A DNA stretch of 64,000 bases from Candidatus Bathyarchaeia archaeon (GTDB taxonomy: Archaea > Thermoproteota > Bathyarchaeia > Bathyarchaeales > Bathycorpusculaceae): contig JAVZNT010000001.1 of the NCBI GenBank assembly GCA_038882655.1, forward strand, positions 64,001 to 128,000, read 5' to 3'. Positions 57,768 through 64,000 of this stretch are shown in pieces; positions within the stretch are counted from its first letter, which is position 1; every line of letters starts with the position of its first letter. Both the position numbers and the translations under genes were made by a program. The notes under the pieces are model-generated. The model was not told the origin of the DNA. It worked only from the letters and a program-made list of their open reading frames with translations, and ran no database searches.

Positions 57768-59117
57768 ATGAGTGCTGGAGAACATCTCAAGGTCAACGAG
57801 AATAACCACTTAGCACTTCATGAAGTTGATTTAGTTAGTCTGTGCGAGAAGTATGGCACTCCGCTTTTTGTTTTCGATGAGACTAGCTTAGTTGAAAGTT
57901 TTGAGAGGTTTAAGCGGGCTTTTGAGAGTATTTATCCAAAGGTTATGGTTTGTTATTCTATTAAAACCAACAATAACCTAGCTTTATGCAAAATACTCTT
58001 CGAAAGAGGCGCTTACGCGGAAGTTTCTTCAGAACTGGATTTGCACGTAGCTTTGAAAGCTGGATTCCACGGAGACCGAATAATTTATGATGGGCCCTTT
58101 AAGCCTACCAAGACATTGGAAAAGGCCGTTGAAAATGAGGTTCTGCTTATCAACTGTGAGTCTTTTGTTGAGTTGGAAAGGCTTAATGAAGTCGCTGAGA
58201 AGTTTAAGGTTAAGCAATCAATAGGGTTAAGGGTTAATCCTTTTAAGCGTCCAAGTTTTCTGCGAAGTTTGCATCCGAAAACTCTTTTAGAAGAGGCCGC
58301 TTTTTGTTTCCCAAGCTGTAGGTTTGGTTTTTCTATAAGCGAAGTTTATGAAGCTTTTAAATTATTGAAAAAGCTTGAAAATTTGCGTCTTGAGTGTCTT
58401 ATGACGCATCCCTATCACAGGGCGATTAGTGTTCTTATGCCCCTTTTTAAGGAAGCTCATCGGAATCTTGGCTTTGAAATTAAATATCTCAATGTTGGGG
58501 GTGGCTTTAACCCTGGCACAAGTGGTTCAACGGGAGACCTTTTGTTGGCTTTAGACCATGTCAAAAGGGGTTTAAGGATGAAGTCTACTTTAGATCAGGA
58601 GAGGCACATGAGAAGCATCGATGATGTTGCCCGAACAGTTGTAAATGAAGTTAAGCAAAACCTTGAAGGTTTGCCTGAACCAACTTTGATAACTGAGCCT
58701 GGCCGCTTTATTGTCGGTCCTTCTGGGTTGCTGCTTTTGAGGGTTGATCACGTTAAATCTGCTGGTGGTTTCAAATGGATTATTGTGAATGGTGGTACAA
58801 ACATTGTTCCAAGCTTCTATGAGAGGCGTGAAATTCTAGTTGCTAACAATGGTTCTGCTTCGGAGAAGGAGTTAGTTAATGTTGTTGGTCCGCTTTTGTA
58901 TCCTAAGGATTTTATTGCTATCAAGACGTGGCTTCCGAAGGCTAAGGAAGGGGACATACTGGCTGTTCTTGATTGCGGAGCTTATTCGCTTTCAAGTTCC
59001 ACACAGTTTCTTTACCCCAGACCGCCAGCGGTTTTGGTAAACTCGCGTGGAGATGTGTATCTAATTCGTGAAAGAGAGAGTTTTGAAGACGTAACTGCAA
59101 AGGATATAGTTCCCTAA
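57768..59117 (+). CDS. Group IV (LysA/ODC fold) PLP-dependent enzyme, atypical
   Basis: YGTPLFVFD, YSIKTN (PLP Lys), NVGGGF, EPGRFIV, GPLLYPKD (canonical GPLC), GAYS. Confidence 0.88.
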   Translation: MSAGEHLKVNENNHLALHEVDLVSLCEKYGTPLFVFDETSLVESFERFKRAFESIYPKVMVCYSIKTNNNLALCKILFERGAYAEVSSELDLHVALKAGFHGDRIIYDGPFKPTKTLEKAVENEVLLINCESFVELERLNEVAEKFKVKQSIGLRVNPFKRPSFLRSLHPKTLLEEAAFCFPSCRFGFSISEVYEAFKLLKKLENLRLECLMTHPYHRAISVLMPLFKEAHRNLGFEIKYLNVGGGFNPGTSGSTGDLLLALDHVKRGLRMKSTLDQERHMRSIDDVARTVVNEVKQNLEGLPEPTLITEPGRFIVGPSGLLLLRVDHVKSAGGFKWIIVNGGTNIVPSFYERREILVANNGSASEKELVNVVGPLLYPKDFIAIKTWLPKAKEGDILAVLDCGAYSLSSSTQFLYPRPPAVLVNSRGDVYLIRERESFEDVTAKDIVP

Positions 59118-59135
59118 CGCTTTTGGTTGGTTATT

Positions 59136-60251
59136 ATGCTTAGCTTGCGTGTTATCGCCGATTTAGAGGATTTTGAAAATTTAGGAAGCATGTGGAACAA
59201 AATATTAGCAAAGTCTTTAGATAACGATGTCTTTTCCACACGGGAATGGATCTGGTGTTGGTGGAAGCATTTTGGCAAAAAAAGAAGTTTACGAGTGCTT
59301 GTCGCTGAAGAAAATGGCGAGATTGTTGGCTTAGCCCCTTTTGCACTTACAGAATATTCTTTCTTGCGTGTTGGAAAGTTGAGGCGCATCGAGTTTATTG
59401 GTTTCCCTCATGCAGATTATAACAACTTTATTTTAGTCAGAAATCCATCTGATTGTTTAAGGCTCTTTATTGAAGGCTTAATGAAGTTTGCAGACTGGGA
59501 TTTTCTGGATTTAAGGGATATTCGCGAACAAAGTGCATCAGCAAACAGTTTACGTATGCTCCTAAACATTGAAGGAGCAAAGTTAAGGTTAACAAATGGC
59601 ACTCTTTGCCCCTGCATTAATTTGCCAAGATCCATTGAAACCTTCCAAAGCAACTTAAGTCGCAACATGCGGAGAAACCTACGGAAAAGGTTAAGGAAGC
59701 TTCGCGAAAGCTATAAAGTTGAATTTAAGACGCAGCGGGATTTTGACTCTATTGATGAGGCGATGGAAATATTTTTCAACCTCCACCAGAAACGTTGGAA
59801 ATCTAAGGGAAAGCAAGGCGCCTTCGCAGCTGAGGATTTCAGAAAGTTTCATTTGGACGTTGCAAAAGTTTTCGATAAAAAAGGTTGGCTTGACTTGCAT
59901 TTCTTAATGGCAAACGACGAGCCAGTTGCCGCAGCCTACACCTTCGACTATAACTCGAAGAAGTATGGCTATTTAACTGGTTTCGATCCTGAATTTGGGC
60001 ATTTCGGTGTTGGAAATCTGTTAAAGTTGCATCTAATTGAGGAATGCATCAAAAAGGGGTTTAGGGAGTACGATTTAACAAGGGAATTTGAACCCTATAA
60101 GGCGGAGTGGGCAACTGTTATTAGGAAAAATCTGATTGCGAGAATTGTTCGACGGGGCTTGTCCGCCAAAATGTATTGCTGGGCTTTAGAGAACAAGTTT
60201 TCACAATGGCTTTTCACTAGATTGGGTGTTCGTTTATCAGTTAGAGAATAG
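59136..60251 (+). CDS. GNAT/Fem-fold protein, CelD/BcsL (Acetyltransf_6)-like
   Basis: VFSTREW...WWKHF, VGLAP, ADYN, LSRNMRRNLRK, LHQKRW, GFDP...GVGNLL, YD.....EPYKAEW. Confidence 0.85.
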   Translation: MLSLRVIADLEDFENLGSMWNKILAKSLDNDVFSTREWIWCWWKHFGKKRSLRVLVAEENGEIVGLAPFALTEYSFLRVGKLRRIEFIGFPHADYNNFILVRNPSDCLRLFIEGLMKFADWDFLDLRDIREQSASANSLRMLLNIEGAKLRLTNGTLCPCINLPRSIETFQSNLSRNMRRNLRKRLRKLRESYKVEFKTQRDFDSIDEAMEIFFNLHQKRWKSKGKQGAFAAEDFRKFHLDVAKVFDKKGWLDLHFLMANDEPVAAAYTFDYNSKKYGYLTGFDPEFGHFGVGNLLKLHLIEECIKKGFREYDLTREFEPYKAEWATVIRKNLIARIVRRGLSAKMYCWALENKFSQWLFTRLGVRLSVRE

Positions 60252-60266
60252 CTAAATGCCACTTGG

Positions 60267-61298
60267 GTGAGTATCAGAATGACAGAATATCGCGTGATTG
60301 AAGATTCGCCGAAAGATTCATGGGATTCATTTCTACAGAAACATTCTGTTGGGAATTTTGAGCAGTGTTTTGAGTATGGCGAAATATCGAGAAAGGCTTT
60401 TCCAAAAACAAATGTTGTTAGACTAGCGTGTACGCGTGGAAACGAAGTCGCTGGTGTACTTCAAGGAACTTACTCTAAATATTTCGGGTTTGGCATGACT
60501 TTAGGCGTCATGCGTGCTCCTTTTGTGAATTTCGAAGATGAAGACGCTGTAAACATTGTGAAGAGTCTTCTTGAGAGTTTAGAAGACTATGCCAAGAGAA
60601 ACCGGATTATTGAAGTCCGTGTCTTTGTGCCCGAAGCATGGGGTTTCCACAATGTGTTTCAATCTCTTGGGTACACGGTTACTGAACAGCTGAACGAATA
60701 TATCGTGGATTTAGAGAAAGGTGTCGACGAGCTTTGGAAGGGCGTCTCCCATAACAAGAGGAAAAATATTAAAAAGGCTATGAGTCAAGGCGTAGAGGTC
60801 TTCGAATCTCGGAAAAGAGAGGATCTGTTGACTTTTTACTCTATGCTTAGGGCTGCAGAAGAAAGGGGGGGATTTACAAGCTACCCATTGTCTTGGTTTG
60901 AAGCGGCTTTGGAATTGTACAATCCAGACTTGTTAAGGGTTTTTCTTGCAAGCTGGAATGGGAAAGCTGTTTCAGGAGTTTTTACCGTTGCACATGGCAG
61001 GACTGTTTTCGCTTTGGCTGCTGGCTCGTTTAGCGAAGGCTGGAAAGTTAGACCCAACGATATTATGCACTGGAAAGTCATGGAGTGGGCTTGCCAAAAA
61101 GGATACAGCAGGTATCAGATGGGTCTAGTTTCAGAACCACCGCCGAGTGAAGGCTCGAAGGCTTGGGGAATTTGGAGATGGAAAAGGGAATGGGGTGGAA
61201 GCCTAAACAAACTTCAAGTTTACCATAAGTACTTTAAGCCTCGATACAAGCTTATTTTAAAAGCTAAAAAGATTGTAGAAAAGTTTGCTGCACGATGA
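60267..61298 (+). CDS. FemABX-like (aminoacyl-tRNA-dependent transferase fold) protein
   Basis: WDSFLQKH..GNFEQ..EY, YIVDLEKGVDELWK..SHNKRKNIKKA, PNDIMHWKVMEWACQKGY..Y.MG, GIWRWKREWGG (compare Fem G..RFK..FGG). Confidence 0.8.
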   Translation: MSIRMTEYRVIEDSPKDSWDSFLQKHSVGNFEQCFEYGEISRKAFPKTNVVRLACTRGNEVAGVLQGTYSKYFGFGMTLGVMRAPFVNFEDEDAVNIVKSLLESLEDYAKRNRIIEVRVFVPEAWGFHNVFQSLGYTVTEQLNEYIVDLEKGVDELWKGVSHNKRKNIKKAMSQGVEVFESRKREDLLTFYSMLRAAEERGGFTSYPLSWFEAALELYNPDLLRVFLASWNGKAVSGVFTVAHGRTVFALAAGSFSEGWKVRPNDIMHWKVMEWACQKGYSRYQMGLVSEPPPSEGSKAWGIWRWKREWGGSLNKLQVYHKYFKPRYKLILKAKKIVEKFAAR

Positions 61299-61347
61299 TT
61301 CAACCAATTTCCCGTATGAACCGTAAAACCTACAAGAAATGGCTGGG

Positions 61348-62038
61348 ATGAACATCGAACAGAAAGCGAATAATAATATTTGCACCCCACCCCGATGACG
61401 AGACCTTCGGTTGTGGAGGAACAATCGCTAGGCGAGTAAGTGAAGGATACGATGTTTTAATCGTCGTTATGACCGATGGTAGATACGCCTTCCTAAAAAT
61501 GCTAAACATTGATTCCGACCCCACTCCTGAAGAATTGAAAGAGATTAGAAAAGAAGAAGTGAAAAGAGCCACAAAAATTTTGGGAGTACCCGAAGAAAAT
61601 TTAATCTTCCTCAATTTTGAGGACGGAACCCTTCGAAACAGCATGGAAGAAGCTGAAAGAAAAGTTACCGAAATATTAAAGATGTACCGTCCAGTTGAAG
61701 TTTATTTCCCTTATAAAAGTGATGTTCATCCAGATCATCAAGCTGCGTACCACATTGTCAAAGGTGCCGTTGCAAGAGCTGGTTTCCCGATAAATGGCTA
61801 TCAGTATTCCACATTTCATAAGTATATGCGCCTAGGTCCGATTATTGATAGGACACTGGGCATTATTAGGCGTAATATAATTCGAGTCGATGTTTCAAAA
61901 TTTCTTTCAAAAAAGGAAGCAGCCATTAAGGAGTTCAAAAGTGAACTATCGATCATATCAAACGTCCAGAAAAATCCTCTTATAAAAGCCAAAGATATCA
62001 AAAATTATTTGAAAAGTAAAGAGCTGTTTTTAAAATAG
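61348..62038 (+). CDS. PIG-L/LmbE family deacetylase; apparent 1-nt frameshift just after the start
   Basis: The frame of ORF 61469-62038 extends upstream through KRIIIFAPHPDDETFGCGG but has no in-frame ATG/GTG/TTG. ATG at 61348 is one base out of frame. Downstream motifs TDG, RKEE, FEDG, HPDH. Confidence 0.85.
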
Positions 62039-62089
62039 ACTATTAAGTGTGCAATGTGACACGGCTTTTATTGTAAGGAGAAAGAGGAC

Positions 62090-63142
62090 ATGATAAACGT
62101 TGGAATTATTGGCCTTGGCCATATGGGTATACTTCACTTAATGAATTGCCGACATATTGATGGCGTTAAAGTTGTTGCTGTAGCTGACAAGTCTAAAGGA
62201 GCCTTAAAAAAGGCTGAACTTTTTGGTGTGAAAGCTTTTTTCACAGATTATCAAGATTTATTGAAGGGACCTCCTAAGGTTGATACAGTCATTATTGCTT
62301 TGCCTAATTTTATGCATTTTGAGAGCATTCAGAGCGCGCTAGAAGCAGGTGTTGATGTTTTTGTAGAAAAACCGTTGGCAAACACCGTTGAAGAATGCGA
62401 GAAAATCATTAAGCTTGTCGAAAAAAGTGGCAGAAAATTAATGGTAGGTCATAATATGCGATTTATTGAGGCAGTTGCGAAAATGAAGGGGGCCATAGAT
62501 AGAGGACATATTGGCGATGTAGAGGCAATTACACTTGAACAGATATTAAATGGACCCTTTGCTCACGGTGCAATTCCTAGGCCCGTGGCGGAATGGTGGT
62601 TCGATCCTAAACGGGCAGGGGGTGGAGTTTTACTGGACTTGGGATATCACATGCTTGATTTGTTTCGTTTCTTTGTCGGGGAAGATCCAGAAGTGATATT
62701 TTCATATTTAAGCTACAAATTTAACTTACCAACGGAAGACGGCGCAATTGTTATACTACGATCCCCCGTTTCAGGTGCAAGGGGAATAGTCAACGTTGGT
62801 TGGTTTCAAAAATCCGTTTTCCCGGAATACAATTTCCGCGTAGTTCTTCATGGTTGCGCAGGCTTCATTTCCAGTGAAAACCTTGCACCGAGAAACATTT
62901 ACTTTCATGCAATTAAAGAAGGAACGAAAAATATTCTGCGGAAAACTTTCGGGAGGAAAATAAAGCCTTTATCTTGGTCTTACTATTACGAAGCCTATTA
63001 TAAAGAACTCCAAAGCTTTTTCAGTTGTGTAAGGAATGACTCGGAACCGCCTGTTTCAGCTGTTGATGGCCTAAAGACCGTGGAGCTTATCGAGAAGGTC
63101 TACAAAAAGTTTGGTAAAAAAGAACCTCGACGGGACGTATAG
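62090..63142 (+). CDS. Gfo/Idh/MocA family NAD(P)-dependent oxidoreductase
   Basis: GIIGLGHMG, VEKPLA, VGHNMRF, GGGVLLDLGYH. Confidence 0.93.
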   Translation: MINVGIIGLGHMGILHLMNCRHIDGVKVVAVADKSKGALKKAELFGVKAFFTDYQDLLKGPPKVDTVIIALPNFMHFESIQSALEAGVDVFVEKPLANTVEECEKIIKLVEKSGRKLMVGHNMRFIEAVAKMKGAIDRGHIGDVEAITLEQILNGPFAHGAIPRPVAEWWFDPKRAGGGVLLDLGYHMLDLFRFFVGEDPEVIFSYLSYKFNLPTEDGAIVILRSPVSGARGIVNVGWFQKSVFPEYNFRVVLHGCAGFISSENLAPRNIYFHAIKEGTKNILRKTFGRKIKPLSWSYYYEAYYKELQSFFSCVRNDSEPPVSAVDGLKTVELIEKVYKKFGKKEPRRDV

Positions 63143-63146
63143 AAAA

Positions 63147-64000
63147 TTGGGCGACATTGTAGGTTTAGTCCGAACACTAGACTCAAAAGAGGAAATAAAA
63201 AGTTCCATAGGAAAAGCCCTCGACCTCATAAATTTTAAACCAAAGGGTCGTGTAAAAGTTATAGACATCAAGGTTAACTTGTGTTATTATTGGCATGCTT
63301 CTACGGGTTGCACAACAGACCCCCGGGTTGTTAGTGCGATAATAGACTGTGTGCGTGAACGGTATGGTGAGAACGTTCGCATTCGAGTTGTTGAGGCCGA
63401 TGGAACTGCAATGAGAACAAAATATGCCTTTCTGATGCTGGGCTATGAAAAGCTAGCCAAGGAGAAAAATGTGGAACTTTTTAACCTCTCGGAAGACGAG
63501 GTACGTGAAGAAAAGGCTTATGTAAATGGGCATGAAATCCGATTCCAAATACCTACGTCGCTTTTAAAATCTGATCTTTTTATTAATGTGCCAAAACTGA
63601 AAACTCTTAGGGAAACCGGATTCTCATGTGCCCTCAAAAATATTTATGGTTGTATAGCCTATCCCAGGAAGATAATTTATCATCCCATTTTAGATGAAGC
63701 AATCGTTGGAATAAACAAGATACTGCAGCCAAACCTCACGATAGTTGACGGTATTATTGCCCTTGGACGTTTTCCAATTAAGCTTGGGCTTATTATGGCT
63801 GGTAGAGATCCATTTTCTATTGACTGGGTTGCCGCGAAAATAATGGGTTTTAATCCTTCAAAAGTTAAGTTCTTGAAGATCGCTATAAAAGAGAATGTTG
63901 GAAGTTTAAATGGTCTTCAAGTTCAAGGAGACGATATCATTTTTTTCCGGAAATCCTTTCCTAAAGTAGGCTTATTTTCGTCTAAGCGTTGGTGGAATTT
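63147..64000 (+). CDS. DUF362 family protein, 3' end outside the window
   Basis: Manual translation from TTG at 63147: ...IKVNLCYYW...TTDPRVV...VVEADG...FINVPKLKT...CALKNIYGC...IVDGIIAL...DPFSID. Confidence 0.85.
   Translation, partial: MGDIVGLVRTLDSKEEIKSSIGKALDLINFKPKGRVKVIDIKVNLCYYWHASTGCTTDPRVVSAIIDCVRERYGENVRIRVVEADGTAMRTKYAFLMLGYEKLAKEKNVELFNLSEDEVREEKAYVNGHEIRFQIPTSLLKSDLFINVPKLKTLRETGFSCALKNIYGCIAYPRKIIYHPILDEAIVGINKILQPNLTIVDGIIALGRFPIKLGLIMAGRDPFSIDWVAAKIMGFNPSKVKFLKIAIKENVGSLNGLQVQGDDIIFFRKSFPKVGLFSSKRWWN

Noticed and set aside
54758-59117. Ordinary hisC-asnB-lysA amino-acid biosynthesis operon
   Set aside because: Key catalytic residues are altered in the AsnB and LysA homologs, no other pathway genes are present, and the neighbours are glycan-modification-type genes.
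1-64000. CRISPR arrays, IS elements, rRNA
   Set aside because: No periodic repeat-spacer pattern, transposase-like ORF or rRNA-like segment was seen by eye.

Overview
Archaeal chromosome window, most likely from the TACK lineage (eL13 and eL38, exosome/proteasome genes, GGTGAGG-type Shine-Dalgarno sites). The gene repertoire resembles Bathyarchaeia, but this is an inference. Housekeeping content: rpp30-rpl13e-rpl15e-dph6-GGR, Lrp with a divergent archaeal asparagine synthetase, rpl38e, acdA, ribK, ino1 and psmA-SBDS-rrp4-rrp41-rrp42-rpl37ae-Brix-pcc1. Cell-surface content: a GT2/GT-C/GT4 glycosylation block beside an S-layer-like gene, and a complete type IV pilus locus with an Ig/beta-helix adhesin. 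Cofactor and polyamine content: an F420 cluster (cofD, stand-alone FbiB-C-like nitroreductase, MetF-like protein, cofE) with a second cofE elsewhere, and tandem deoxyhypusine synthases. The most striking signal is at 54.66-64 kb. A tRNA-Cys(GCA) there has perfect stems and Cys identity elements but lacks the near-universal D-loop GG and T-loop TTC. It heads an operon with a FemABX-like protein, a second GNAT/Fem-fold protein, an AsnB-like ligase lacking Cys1, a LysA-fold PLP enzyme lacking its conserved Cys, and a HisC/CobD-like enzyme. This parallels the non-proteinogenic tRNA-Gly/FemXAB system of staphylococci and suggests a dedicated tRNA-dependent cysteine (or phosphoserine) transfer pathway in an archaeon. 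All family assignments come from reading motifs by eye; no database search was run.
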